Shown here: positions 9,001-17,327 of the stretch, piece by piece
Numbering within the stretch: position 1 is the stretch's first letter
How the letters are laid out: each line of letters begins with the position of its first letter
Origin: Caecitellus pseudoparvulus
Taxonomy: Eukaryota > Protista > Bigyra: Bicosoecida
Length of the DNA stretch: 64,000 nucleotides
Direction: 5' to 3'
NCBI GenBank assembly: GCA_965644315.1
Contig: CBFFRQ010000078.1
Location: 1-64,000, forward strand
Position numbers and translations under genes: made by a program
The notes under the pieces: generated by a model
The model's input: the letters and a program-made list of their open reading frames with translations, nothing else
What the model was told of the DNA's origin: nothing
The model's database searches: none

Positions 9001-11133
9001 ATGGCGTTGGTGGTAGCGAAGTTCATAGTTGCGTGGGCAGGCATCATCCTCGGCCGAAGCAACACCATCGCTGCGCTTGTACTTGGCGCCCTCACCCTGA
9101 CGGCGCTGGCTGTTTGGTGTGCACTGCAACCAGCAACCACTTTGCTGATGAAGCGCCTTCGGCCCGTGACAGTTTATGTGTATGGAAGTGCGGCAGTCAC
9201 TGCGTGGTTGCTGCTGCTATCCTGGGCTTCTGCCCCGAAGGTCGAGAACACTTTCAACAACGGTGCGCAGGAGCTGGAACTCAGCGCAGAAAGCACATCG
9301 GTTGATGAAGACAGCTTTGCGATCTCTGACAACGCCGATGAATACGCTGCGTCATCCCCCGGAGTCATTGCAGCGGCCGTCCTGTGGCTCATTGGTGCCG
9401 GAGCTGCGCTGGCAGTGGTCTTCTTGGAAGACCGCCGCCATTTCTCGCGCGTTCCGCTGTTCCGAGCCTGGGTGGAACTTGGCAAGTCTGTAAGCATGAA
9501 GGGCACATACGCCGCGCTCACAAAAGTCTTCGCGCCTGAGCAAGTTCCGCTGTCTGAACTCCAAGCTGCTGTGCAACAGCTGCGTGCTGGGATGTCGTTC
9601 GAGTACACATCCTCGGACTCAGAGTCGTCCGGTGAGCATGGTCTTCTTAGTGAAGTTGGCGATGAGCCTGATGCGATGCTTGGTTTCGGTGAGCGGGGTG
9701 CAATCGAGGCGTTTGGATTTGCAAGCGCTCCAGAGAGCAGCGACGACGAGAGTGTTCGCACCTATGATGAGACGGCGGATGACGTTGCTCAGGTTGTTGG
9801 CACAGCCGCAGCTCAAATTGGACACGGAGAAGTTCGAACGCATTCTGGGCGAATGAAGTTTGCCCGCTCTGAGAGCGCTGATGCCGCCGATGGTGAACCG
9901 ATTGGATTGAGTCAGTCTATTCAGCACGATTCAGAACAGAGTGCTGATGCCCAAGTCCTTTCGGTTGTACAAAGTGAAGAGCGTGGGGCCGCAGAAGCAG
10001 GCGCGACGGCACCGAAAGTGGAGGAGGACGGCATGGAAGACTTGGGCGCAGAGTTGTGGCGGGCAACCCAGCAAGCTTCTTCCTCCGATTCAGACTCGAG
10101 CTCTGGGTCCAGCTCGGGCACAAGCTCCGACTCAGATTCATCCAGCACGACCGCCAGCACTGAGCACAGGCATACTGCAGGGGGTGGTGCGTGGGCGCAG
10201 GGCGGCCGGCCAGGGTCGTCTGGCACGACTGCCAGCACTGAGCACGGGCATTCTGCAGGGGGTGGTGCGTGGGCGCAGGGCGGCCGGCCAGGGTCGTCTG
10301 GCACGACTGCCAGCACTGAGCACGGGCATTCTGCAGGGGGTGGTGCGTGGGCGCAGGGCGGCCGGCCAGGGTCGTCTGGCACGACTGCCAGCACTGAGCA
10401 CGGGCATACTGCAGGGGGTGGTGCGTGGGCGCAGGGCGGCCCATCGACACCTTCAGAACAGCACGAGCTGTCTGGGCATCAAGGCCGGGGAGCATTCAGC
10501 AGGCGTAACGGCCGTTGGGATGTCTTGGCGTCAAGGCGTGATGAAGACGCGGTAGCGGTGTCACAAGGCAACAAAGCAGCTATCGATGCATTCGATTGGG
10601 CAAGCGACGAAGGAAGCGTTGAGTCTGGTGGAGACCTTGTGGCCCACGTGACAGGTGAGGCAAAGCTTGATGTCGAGCAGCGCTTGTTCGCGGGCCTCGG
10701 TGGCTCCGACTCGAGCTCAGTGACAAGCGATGAAGACTTTGGCGCACGGCAGAGCCCTGCACTTGCTGCGATGGCTGCAAGTGTGTCTCCAGCACTTGCT
10801 GTGGGTGTCGCTCAGTCCCACACCGCGCATCAGGCGCATGCGCGTGAAGTGTCTTTGGCAGGACACGGGCTGCAAGGCACAGCCGGGGAGTCATCTCTTG
10901 GCTTCACAGGGCTTCATTCAGGGCGTCCCTCCACCGCCGAGGTTGTCCAGCCTTTGGCCCACCCCCAGCCTGAGACAAGCGTGACTTCGCAAACTTTTGC
11001 TGTGGCAGGTAAAGACCAAGCTGCGCTCGCTGCATCGAGCACACTAGCAGCTGGGCTTGCCGAGGAGCATATTTTTGGTTCTGAATTCTTTGGGGGCTCC
11101 GGGATCTCGTCAGACACGTCTGACGAGGACTAG
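1..11133 (+). CDS. Giant multi-pass cell-surface protein, 5' end outside window: tandem DUF11/Ig-like beta repeats, EGF-like Cys-rich region, thrombospondin type-1 repeat, ~9 TM helices, low-complexity cytosolic tail
   Basis: Stop-free 3710-codon frame. Recurring two-part unit (xxGxxV...LP[EL]G, then V-x-EP...(D)AGD-x-V-x-F). Cys-rich CSGNGAC/CNGQGSC/CVCKTGWTGSSC. TSP1-like DCLVGPWG...MTRRREILLPVAYGGAPC...ETVPC. About nine hydrophobic segments from ~7280 to ~9430. Confidence 0.8.
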   Translation: MSVSAESAGDLPPFQLVVSSTTTSGPSGSDRVSSITTPAVVYRVHAPNLAIDARSDNVTTFSNEVVVGSLVEVFSLKTFAEGTTSAANISVSWANANDAFFSFSSLLNASDALSTSMHGGDWSSTLATTSISPSVYGFVADLGTVINADVNDSVAEFVVLSATVRVTNVSGALRPGEAFQLAASFQSSEVCDGCLTAVTNLTVKEPVLSFGAFSPGALLGVSAGESYNVSVPLSNALGSADAFSVAIFDRGLASAQYDVSHVYADGVLVLDRSSEVSFDVLGTEWIAGNADGVADFSDAALLPHLSLGQSVLLTFTIQVNPLASSTDGFAVDLGAVVASYPSVQWAHNLTFDANTVVPATFGLPPLSPIINVDGVSNASEAAVGSEVQVVIPLQFPLGSLSEANLTIRLSPMLPSSLSMSKIIGGFHLQSVSGAAGVTLSGTLPGVSSVRALSTVNSTHGTAFLAFQNVTNDAALGGSISGDPLLLTFSAYVADTPSVSEGVAFGGFIEFVTPFMTVNSSLSQVTIREPQLSNVSLIVHNGASQIQYLNAGDSVAFTAEVRHAPASSWDCFGVQVVDSWLATSSAASTVPSSIPAAQRLLYQATSASWDAVASTLTAAGAGVLIESAVLPLASSHAELNFSIVIAPASEAAASAWPAQTLQLEYFSHPNTTRARRYTAIIDPAASVQELRMAAPAAQVSAEGSVHAGNGDGAPTIAPGTSAAWTLSLQLPLATIEGAEFSLDLVGADGFFDTLEAAALTFVPAAVPSAASPSSVAGLAPPSVDVVQVHLPTSAAAGVDGFVGSTADVVSFVTSGGVPPTASELHLNSTHALLGPAAWRIGNELAGLYSPVPAAAPATGGSGAPVVLNLTITATATTASQVARGVSSSGSVRFAGSSGTFPAFEMSLPPLTVVEPTVQAPSFSPLAVADVDAGDEVTFSTTIEHSPVSDSIAHTIELFDRSLVHGKVDYITLSGASVTSEVIHARAYDLRRVVVGGEVQYDAALGLDPYGLAASSVNSGLWGVISNITLGQTVPVSMTVRLWEGVAAATAVRPQFNVTWYSSPVKSAARAYWVPAAADPVIGVQAPAVAVQRSTDDSTVLDAEAAVGALVSWDIEVALPEGVSTGVVVAFNLSSLLPPGVSAAATNGPLLADVQVVSVQASPGGIGLIEVNATGCAGVALADQGVMSGPTFPALAAAATVSAAEQLAGHEIMVRIPMCSVQNKDDVNSISQAMQIRLQGHVDGRILPLTTSLNGATIAGAVRVLSDAVPEPSAPVNASAGVIAGANVVPSAANLTAAIPSTRVVEPRLEIVSVNNTESAGVAGDVIDTTIRVSHEASSESTAFHTRLLDTNLQAGAISDRLYQPLSLVSMGNELLSPVAALASASAFSSGNGELLPVGMSLSTSGAPELTTTDGQGDLVYSWKLLEGVVPQLTVAPELSVRFSTHKDPANIYARELGPVGLTPAQDAATHVQQGTLLQVLDVGTIVDPDDASASEGASIVGSPGAVPVVHGQALQTTVTLSVPLGTLPNVTAAIPLHPTPGAVANPSLVAVVASAVDPVTGNISNVSPLVQLRDCPPGVLLNDAAFGALGDLLPSAVSLAGSTAGMSLCTLVAVPAQDVTGRSIGPLAGAKSLNLTLVLKTTVAGTGAGVLPPLAEVGASPVSAGFAEAVSGSLAPAGSALSLTPGVAAGAASVSLVVAEPVQAQPVLISGANFTADAGDLVSFSVRVGHDPSGSTAASAYSVLLSDSLLTGNAYRLVGATVNGSDVLAVTKAQGPHAVVLLDVLHPWSSVNLTWTVELTGAVNASDLFVPALEMTWRSHPTSPDAKQFASSSFVSNSVWPALFSGQEALNISVPSVRVLNMTVHSTGIVSPENGTVYAAAGEQLDFAVSVVLPEGHTDGVLVNITSGFNSSVFFPSSPNISHEVRPGLHVLGLCDGSHHHSDLVSEVLSAPTGRWIAFRTCRLYNTDRDNAVEDVVVFGISGYAIEGGGDSALEVSVTGPTQESAAPGPGLIVAPVLALTLSENISTSAVSTLQEYAVTLVAEASTSQRSADARDVELSVVVVHGSTGSSGLPVPALNGAGISASEWSFEATEDVALDTMTSLLGGTREARDTLVSLAAGAGRTGRRLQGSTFDVVSVRVPLMVDADVLQSVFTYAVPERTPPGTIVQHLVALSWSGLPSQLAVIGAQPSVLQRLSGLEVLVTCDAWHSCSGNGACLPSNMTTGDRVGTVEVPLAGIALDGGKSYAISSQCVCKTGWTGSSCCFCDPNVPEEDTCNGQGSCAGYGASVWGIAQGGQCECRDAVSGPSMDPFCRGERCSDAPEACSTGKCAMDCLVGPWGNFTADVSNSSGLLSGNMTRRREILLPVAYGGAPCVEPLFETVPCTLPVCIERPAAAAAQEACDASATGFRISASLPLDVSAQQLASTISIILVMLLFLALVWVWMLRSGWLARFAVREWHVPALERIRSRALNMLQLYSGKQLPKKLHQVLDAMQSVKATAPDSDSEQDSDEEGASAVTPQAVQRSHAVKQSLSIETEKPDDSGVSHGSNDAEVRSNAVLGQNSSASYLPPQLWMNWRNVLIVCLLATDGIMSVAPLFMEQVPWLPYIPTKAVARLFSLSVVKYLPLYSLFYVSFALIILALALILPMHRQWREDEVRKLGKHSRSSPKKTAKVAPLAQPSSPQQQDQPVVGHTAELEDEKPGPFTIAPLSREAPEEPKQETPPALADEPQRKRGALAPLRPLGHKRPGAASAAHPPGGEPHAEVRFGAQTVLASPRKPNGKVDEVQREEPTSVSKAPDAQTQARTGDSQVSHAVSLTPVRRDEFGEPVLSAQQEHHVAYKTTWYHGSIPFLLYAAGTVLLMPMYVILLQPFTCGFPFGGYSEDAVGNCLPEPCWGNLHILMAVLSAVLLALLGHLLFVWLPHRMFHDRPLEEHRDMEGVLAYILARRAHSVSGSPLVPLDEGFDMKLVAFNPRKLTNERLVASLRRWVHNFEAHPMLPFFMALVVAKFIVAWAGIILGRSNTIAALVLGALTLTALAVWCALQPATTLLMKRLRPVTVYVYGSAAVTAWLLLLSWASAPKVENTFNNGAQELELSAESTSVDEDSFAISDNADEYAASSPGVIAAAVLWLIGAGAALAVVFLEDRRHFSRVPLFRAWVELGKSVSMKGTYAALTKVFAPEQVPLSELQAAVQQLRAGMSFEYTSSDSESSGEHGLLSEVGDEPDAMLGFGERGAIEAFGFASAPESSDDESVRTYDETADDVAQVVGTAAAQIGHGEVRTHSGRMKFARSESADAADGEPIGLSQSIQHDSEQSADAQVLSVVQSEERGAAEAGATAPKVEEDGMEDLGAELWRATQQASSSDSDSSSGSSSGTSSDSDSSSTTASTEHRHTAGGGAWAQGGRPGSSGTTASTEHGHSAGGGAWAQGGRPGSSGTTASTEHGHSAGGGAWAQGGRPGSSGTTASTEHGHTAGGGAWAQGGPSTPSEQHELSGHQGRGAFSRRNGRWDVLASRRDEDAVAVSQGNKAAIDAFDWASDEGSVESGGDLVAHVTGEAKLDVEQRLFAGLGGSDSSSVTSDEDFGARQSPALAAMAASVSPALAVGVAQSHTAHQAHAREVSLAGHGLQGTAGESSLGFTGLHSGRPSTAEVVQPLAHPQPETSVTSQTFAVAGKDQAALAASSTLAAGLAEEHIFGSEFFGGSGISSDTSDED
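10145..10441 (+). repeat. 78-bp coding tandem repeat, ~3.8 copies (GSSGTTASTEHGHSAGGGAWAQGGRP)
   Basis: gggtcgtctggcacgact recurs at 10213, 10291 and 10369 (period 78). Confidence 0.95.
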
Positions 11134-11273
11134 TCACCCCCTACAGCACCCTACATTTCCATGCCAGTGTGGCGTGTGAGGCTCAGCAGGTGAATTGGCG
11201 AGCCAGGTGCAATTCATTCGTGACGTGACAAAATGAGCAGCTTATTCTCGTTCAGTCTTGAATGCCCCAACAG

Positions 11274-14200
11274 CTAAACCAGCCCCGAGGCACGTTGAGC
11301 TTCCAGCTTCTTGTGCTCTTCCAATGCGTTGGCGCTGGTGGACTTGACCGAGAAGCCTGCGGATTGAGCCGTCACCAGCATGCGAGTGGCGATGGACATG
11401 GCTTGAAGCTCCTGGAAGAGGAGCTTGCAGGCGTACGGCAGCGCGACCTGGGAAAGCATGGCACTTCCGCACGCCCGGCACTCGTAACGGTCACTGTCCA
11501 GGTTCGCCATTGCCATGAGGCCACATTGGTTGCACACATGCACGCGGTAGGGATCAGAGTTGAGCATCATGCGCTCGAAGAGGACAGAGGCAGTGCCGTG
11601 GGCAATAATGCAGTCCCGCTCCATCTCCCCGAAACGCATGCCGCCACCTTGCGCGCGCCCTTCCACTGGCTGACGGGTGAGCATCGCACGCGGGCCACGG
11701 GCCCTGGCTTGAATCTTGTCATCCACCATGTGCTTGAGGCGCTGGTAGTACACAGGCCCGATGAAAATTTGAGCCGCTAGCTGGCGACCCGTGTGACCAC
11801 AGAACAAGACCTCGTTGCCAAACCGGTGCATGCCCGCCATGTGCAGGTCTTGCACCAGCCCAACGAAGTCAAAGTTTTGCTGGAAGGGGGTAGCGTCCCC
11901 TTCGAGACCCCTGCTCAAGCCGATCTTGCCAAGCAAGCACTCAATGAGCTGGCCGATGGTCATTCGAGAGGGGATGGCGTGTGGGTTCATGACAATGTCT
12001 GGCGTGATGCCATCTTTTGTGAAGGGCATGTCCTCCTGCGCGATGAGCATGCCAAGTGTACCCTTTTGGCCATGGCGAGAGGCGAACTTGTCCCCAATTT
12101 GCGGGATGCGAACATTGCGCAAGCGCGTCTGCACAAAGCGGTTGCCTTTGCTGTCACTCGTCAACACCACCTTGTCCACAACACCAGCATCGTTGTTGCC
12201 AGCTGCAGTGCTCGCGTCCTTCTTGCTCTGCACACGGGCCTGCATGCCATACACATCAGTCTCAGGCAGCACAGCAGTCTTCCCGATGATGATGTCACCG
12301 CCCGAATACGCTGTGCCTGGGCGCACCAGACCATCAGAGTCCAGCTTTTCGTAGTCGGCGTGCTTCATTCCACGGGTGGTCTCATGGGTCGGCTTCTCAA
12401 AGGTCTCTTGATTCCCACTGCCGGCACCTCCCTGCTCGGTGTCCACGTACGACTTGAAGTACACTGAGCGGAAGAGACCTCGGTCCACGCTGGCACGGTT
12501 CATGAGGAGCGAGTCTTCTTGGTTGTACCCGGTGAAGCAGGTGACAGCGACGATGACATTCACCCCCGCGGGGAGCTCACGGTACTTGAGGTACTCCATG
12601 GCTTGGGTGGCCACGAGGGGCTTCTGTGGGTAGTACAGCACGTGGGCCATGGTGTCCATGCGCAGAATGTAGTTGGAAGCGTACACGCCCATCGCTTGCT
12701 TGCCCATGGCCGACTGGTACGTGTTGCGTGGGGACTGGTTGTGGTCGGGGAATGGGATGATGCTGGCGCAGATGCCAAGAATCATGCTGGGGTGGATCTC
12801 ACAGTGTGTGTACGTGTCAGCGTAAGCACGCTCTGCAGCCAACTTGTCAGAGCTCATGGCAATGAGCGTGCCTTCCTCTTCCAGCGTGTCCACGTACTCA
12901 ATGACGCCCTGGTTCATGAGCCAGGTGAAGCGTGCTTTGGAGTCGGCGGGGCCGCCACCATGGCCGCCCTCCCGTGTCTCCTCCTCCCAGTCCAGCACCT
13001 GCTCCACCTGCTCTCGGGTGATGGCGAGGGTCTGCTTCCGGACGGGGCGCCCATGCTCATCTGCCGTCTCGGCCGTGTCCACGACGTACAGCGGGCGCAT
13101 GATGCGCCCCGCATCGGTCCACACATGCAGCTCCTGCTCTGCGACCTCCCGCATGACGGACACCTCTGAGGTGATCTCGCCCGACCGCCGGTGGCGACGA
13201 ATGGTGGCCATGATGTCGTCGGGGTCCTGCACCAAGCCCACCCAGTTGCCGTTCACGAAGACCTTGGTGTATGAAGACACGCTGGAGGGCGTCGCGTCCT
13301 CCAGCGCGTGCAAGCCCCAGTCCCCCAGCATGTGCAGGATGGGCTCCGCGTCTGACCCGACACTGACGTGGGACATGAGAGAGAGGTTCTTCACCAGCCC
13401 CACCTGCCCGCCCTCTGGCGTCTCGCAGGGGCACACCATGCCCCAGTGGGTGTTGTGCAGCTGCCGAGGGCGTGCCTGCTTGCCCTCCTTGCCCAGCGGC
13501 GTGTTCATGCGCCGGAGGTGGGACAGGGAGGACACGAAGGTGAGGCGGTTCAGCACCTGAGACACGCCGGTCTTGCTGGGGGGTCCTCGCCCCGTGCCCC
13601 AGTTGCCGGTGGACAGCGCGTACCGCAGGTCCTTCGTGATGGTGTTGTGCTTGATGGAGGCGGGGATGTTGATGCCGCGGCCCTTGTCCATGCTCTTCTG
13701 CAGCATGCCCCGCATCTCCTTGGACAGCTTGTGGAAGATGGAGCGGAAGAGTCCCCCCAGCAGCGCGCCGGCCATGTCCACGCGCTTGTTGCCGAAGTGG
13801 TCGCGGTCGTCCGCTGCCGCCCGCCCCAGGTGGCAGTTCAGCAGGCGGTACGCGACATACCCCAGGAAGAAGCCCTTGCGTGTGCGGGCGGCCGTGGTGG
13901 CCTCCATGCCCACGTGCGGCAGCAGCTCCTTCTGTAGCAGCTCCGACGCGTACCTGATGCGGTCAGCCTTGGAACTGCCGTGCACGCCGGCTCGTGAGGC
14001 GAGGTAGTTGCGCGCCTGTGCGGCGGTTTCGCACGCCTGGGCCTCCGCGATGGAAGGTCGCAGCGCCTCCAACATTTCCGAGTCGCTGAAGTCGTAGACG
14101 ATGTGCGAGAGGATCTGGCGGTCGCTCGCGAAGCCCAGGGCCCGGAAGACGATCATGAGGGGGACATCCTGCATGACATAGGGCAGCTTGGCGCCGATCT

Positions 14201-15032
14201 GTCCGCCGTCCGTGCCGTCGTCACGGGAGCTCGTGCGGTACAGTGCGAGGTCCAGGGAGGACAGAGGGCGGTTGCTGCCGAAGACCTGGGAGCGAATCTC
14301 CGCCTTCCATGCGACCTTGCTGGTCGCCGGCGCCTCGAAGCAGTACACACGGTTGAAGGCCTGCCGTTCCAGGGCGATCATGACCTTCTCTGAGCCGTTG
14401 ATGACGAAGTAGCCGCCCATGTCGAACTTGCACTCGCCCTTGTCGGTGCGCTCGTCGTCAGACAGCTTCTTGAGGCGGCAGTAGTCGCTGTGCAGCATGA
14501 TGGGCACGTTGCCGAACCAGTGCGTCTGCGTGGACGTGTGTGTGGGCGCCTTGGTGAGAGGGTCCACCTCCACACGCTCCACGTCGATGTGCAGCTGGGA
14601 CCAGTACGTCAGGCGGCGGATGCGGCAGTCCATGGGGTACAGGCTGGTGGGCTCGCTGTCCAGGCTCTCCTGGTCCTTTTCGTTGTGGCAAGGCAGCCCC
14701 ATCTTCACCTGCCCGAAGGTGATGTGCTGCTCTGCCGCTGCTGACGCCGCCTGTGTGCCGTAGCCGGGGGAGGGGCGCACGACCAGTGTGGGCGTGTCGT
14801 CCACGATCTGGGGGATGGTGTCGGAGATGAACTGGTCGAAGGAGTCCAGCTGCTGCCGCACGAGCCCCTTCTCTTCGAAAAAGGAGCGGATGATGTTCCA
14901 GTGGAATGGCTCCTCCGACTCGTCCTCGCTGTCCAAGTACGACTCCTCGTCATCACCCGGCATGTCCGCCGTCAAGCCCTGCGCATGGCCCTCTGCATAG
15001 TACGGCTCAGCGGCACCACCTTCGTCCACCAT
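11274..15032 (-). CDS. RPB2: DNA-directed RNA polymerase II second-largest subunit, intronless, ~1252 aa
   Basis: Motifs GLVRQQLDSFDQF, GGYFVINGSEKV, RQLHNTHWGMVCPCETPEG, DHNQSPRNTYQSAMGKQAMG, GYNQEDS, GDKFASRHGQKG, YYQRLKHMVDDK, GGMRFGEMERDC and PYACKLLFQEL. ATG 15032 (MVDEGG) preferred over the ORF-track start at 15203. Confidence 0.97.
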   Translation of the reverse strand: MVDEGGAAEPYYAEGHAQGLTADMPGDDEESYLDSEDESEEPFHWNIIRSFFEEKGLVRQQLDSFDQFISDTIPQIVDDTPTLVVRPSPGYGTQAASAAAEQHITFGQVKMGLPCHNEKDQESLDSEPTSLYPMDCRIRRLTYWSQLHIDVERVEVDPLTKAPTHTSTQTHWFGNVPIMLHSDYCRLKKLSDDERTDKGECKFDMGGYFVINGSEKVMIALERQAFNRVYCFEAPATSKVAWKAEIRSQVFGSNRPLSSLDLALYRTSSRDDGTDGGQIGAKLPYVMQDVPLMIVFRALGFASDRQILSHIVYDFSDSEMLEALRPSIAEAQACETAAQARNYLASRAGVHGSSKADRIRYASELLQKELLPHVGMEATTAARTRKGFFLGYVAYRLLNCHLGRAAADDRDHFGNKRVDMAGALLGGLFRSIFHKLSKEMRGMLQKSMDKGRGINIPASIKHNTITKDLRYALSTGNWGTGRGPPSKTGVSQVLNRLTFVSSLSHLRRMNTPLGKEGKQARPRQLHNTHWGMVCPCETPEGGQVGLVKNLSLMSHVSVGSDAEPILHMLGDWGLHALEDATPSSVSSYTKVFVNGNWVGLVQDPDDIMATIRRHRRSGEITSEVSVMREVAEQELHVWTDAGRIMRPLYVVDTAETADEHGRPVRKQTLAITREQVEQVLDWEEETREGGHGGGPADSKARFTWLMNQGVIEYVDTLEEEGTLIAMSSDKLAAERAYADTYTHCEIHPSMILGICASIIPFPDHNQSPRNTYQSAMGKQAMGVYASNYILRMDTMAHVLYYPQKPLVATQAMEYLKYRELPAGVNVIVAVTCFTGYNQEDSLLMNRASVDRGLFRSVYFKSYVDTEQGGAGSGNQETFEKPTHETTRGMKHADYEKLDSDGLVRPGTAYSGGDIIIGKTAVLPETDVYGMQARVQSKKDASTAAGNNDAGVVDKVVLTSDSKGNRFVQTRLRNVRIPQIGDKFASRHGQKGTLGMLIAQEDMPFTKDGITPDIVMNPHAIPSRMTIGQLIECLLGKIGLSRGLEGDATPFQQNFDFVGLVQDLHMAGMHRFGNEVLFCGHTGRQLAAQIFIGPVYYQRLKHMVDDKIQARARGPRAMLTRQPVEGRAQGGGMRFGEMERDCIIAHGTASVLFERMMLNSDPYRVHVCNQCGLMAMANLDSDRYECRACGSAMLSQVALPYACKLLFQELQAMSIATRMLVTAQSAGFSVKSTSANALEEHKKLEAQRASGLV

Positions 15033-15583
15033 GCTGGGCCTGCAAAGTGCGCCTGGCAATCGTGAGGGAGCTGCTGCAAAGGTGGGTGTGCTGGCGAGCT
15101 CTTGCTCCGGGCTGGCACCGGCATGGAGCGACGCGGCCCGTGACAGGCAGTCCCCCAAATGCAGGACAGGGCACAAAGCATGATTTACGTGTTGTGTTTT
15201 CACTGCTTGGCAGTCGCACAGGCGGCCTTAGCGCGTGGCGTGGGGAGCGCTACCCGCCGAGTGCGGAAATGGCATGACCGTGTCCGTGCAGCAGCACACG
15301 GCACTGAGCACACTTGCAGCATATCGCGACGAGATGGTGCAGTGGCGGAAACACACGGAGTGCACAATTCTCAGGAGGGCGGGGTGCGGAAACTCACGGT
15401 TGACGTGCCGCTGTGCGGCGATGCCAGACAGTACCAGCGAGCCTGGCCTGCTCCAGCAAGCGCAGTCACTGGCTCCCTCGCACGCGGCCTGTCCAGAGGG
15501 GGGAGGGCACAGTGGCAAGCAGCTCAGCGAGGGCCGCAACGAAGGGGGGGATGGGTGTATTTTGGCCCCGGCGCGGCGCCGCC

Positions 15584-16969
15584 CTACACCTTGCTGTAGT
15601 CCAGCTTGCTCTCCAGCTTCTTGGTCTCCGCGATCTTGCGCGCTGCCCGCATGAAGTCCTCCTCCACGCAGAAGTCCCTCTCGTCGCGGATGGCGAAGAG
15701 GCCCGCCTCCGTGCAGATGTTGCGGATGTCGGCGCCGTTGAAGCCGTCCGCCAGCTTCACCACCGCCTCGTAGTCCACGTCGCCCTCCTTAGCGATCTTG
15801 CTGGCATGGATCTTCAAGATGTCCATGCGCCCCGCCTCGCTGGGCAGGGGGATTTCGATCTTGCGGTCCAGGCGCCCCGGCCGCAGCAGGGCGCTGTCCA
15901 GGATGTCTGGCCGGTTGGTGGCCATGACCACCTTCACCTGCCCCAGGCTCTCGAAGCCGTCCAGCTGGTTCAGCAGCTCCATCAGCGTGCGCTGCACTTC
16001 ACGGTCCGAGCCCGTGCCTTCGTTGGAGCGCTTGGAGCCGATGGCGTCCACTTCGTCCATGAAGATGACGCAGGGCTGGTGGTCCTTGGCGTACCCGAAC
16101 ATCTCCCGGATCACCCGGGCGCTCTCACCGATGTACTTGTCCACGATGGCTGACGCGACGACCTTGAGGAACGTCGCCTTCAGGTTGCACGCCAGGGCCC
16201 GTGCCAGGAGGGTCTTGCCCGTGCCGGGGGGGCCGTACAGCAGCACGCCCTTGGGGGGCTTGATGCCCACACGCTTGAACAGCTGGGGGTTGGTGAGGGG
16301 CAGCTCGATGACCTCGCGCAGCTCACGGATCTGGTCGTTCAGGCCGCCCACGGAGCGGAAGTCCACCTTGCCTGGGTCCTCGTGCAGCATGTTGAAGACG
16401 GTGGGGTCCACTTGCCGCGGCAGGGGGCGCATGATGGTCATGGTGGTCATGTCCATGGCAATGCGCACGCCACTCTTGAGCTTGGCCTTGTCCAGCTTCT
16501 GGCGGCAGCCCACCACCCACCGCGGGCCGTTGGCTGCCTTGATGATGAAGCGCTCCTCGTCAATTTGCTTCAACACCTCCCCGATGGTCTGCCCCACCGA
16601 CTGCAGCGCCTTCAAGTCGTCCTCCGTCTTGTCTACCTCCTGCCGTTTCGCACGCAGCGCCAGACGCATGGTGCGCACCCTGTGCAGGGGGCCAAGCACG
16701 AGCAGCACCATGTGAGGACCTGCTAGGTATTTCCCCATTGCACAGCTGGCTCCAGGTGCACGCCGCCGCTCCCGCACCGCTGGCCAAGCGAGGTCAGTAG
16801 TCAAGCACACAGCGCAACGCCGCCACGCCGACAAGGAGACAGCCATGGCGGGGCAGGGCACCGACACAGCGTCCGGGGAAACTCACTCTGACTCCAGATC
16901 TGTGTGGGCAATCATCACTTCCCGGTACTGCTTGATGATCGCCGCGCGATCGCCGGAAGCTGCAGCCAT
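15584..16969 (-). CDS. RPT4: 26S proteasome AAA-ATPase subunit RPT4/PSMC6. Exons 16969-16887 and 16679-15584, 392 aa
   Basis: [48 protein letters not shown] and C-terminal KKLESKLDY are diagnostic. A phase-2 intron GTGAGT...GCACAG (16886-16680) joins [28 protein letters not shown] to VRTMR in frame. Confidence 0.95.
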
Positions 16970-17327
16970 GGTGCCGCTGGCTCTGCCGTGCGTGCACTGG
17001 CGTTTCACGTGGCCGGCAGTGCAGCGCCTCGAAGCGCACAAGCTGCAGGGGGCGCGCCTTGCCTGGCACCGCGGGCCTCAAGCACTGTACGTCTGCTGTG
17101 CTGTGAGGGCGAGGCCTGTGGTGTTTGGGGTTTTGCTTGTCAGTTGCGTACGCACGCGGCAGCAGTGAGGGCCGCTCCGCAGTGTGCGTGCGACGTCACT
17201 TTCCACCCCGCCACTGCACACCCACCCGTCTGCCAGGTACTCCCCCGGCCTGTGCACTCCACGCAGCACCCACGTGCCGCACACGCACGGCAGGCGCCCC
17301 CCCCCTCCCCGGGCAGAACCCTGCACC
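16970..17327. promoter_or_regulatory. Short divergent intergenic region, probable bidirectional promoter between RPT4 and Tudor-SN
   Basis: The inferred ATGs at 16969 (-) and 17328 (+) are separated by 358 bp head-to-head. No specific element identified. Confidence 0.5.

Noticed and set aside
15033-15203. 57-aa N-terminal extension of RPB2
   Set aside because: Not RPB2-like; probably 5' UTR.
11262-16726. Many antisense ORFs over RPB2 and RPT4
   Set aside because: Expected shadow ORFs from high GC3 codon usage.
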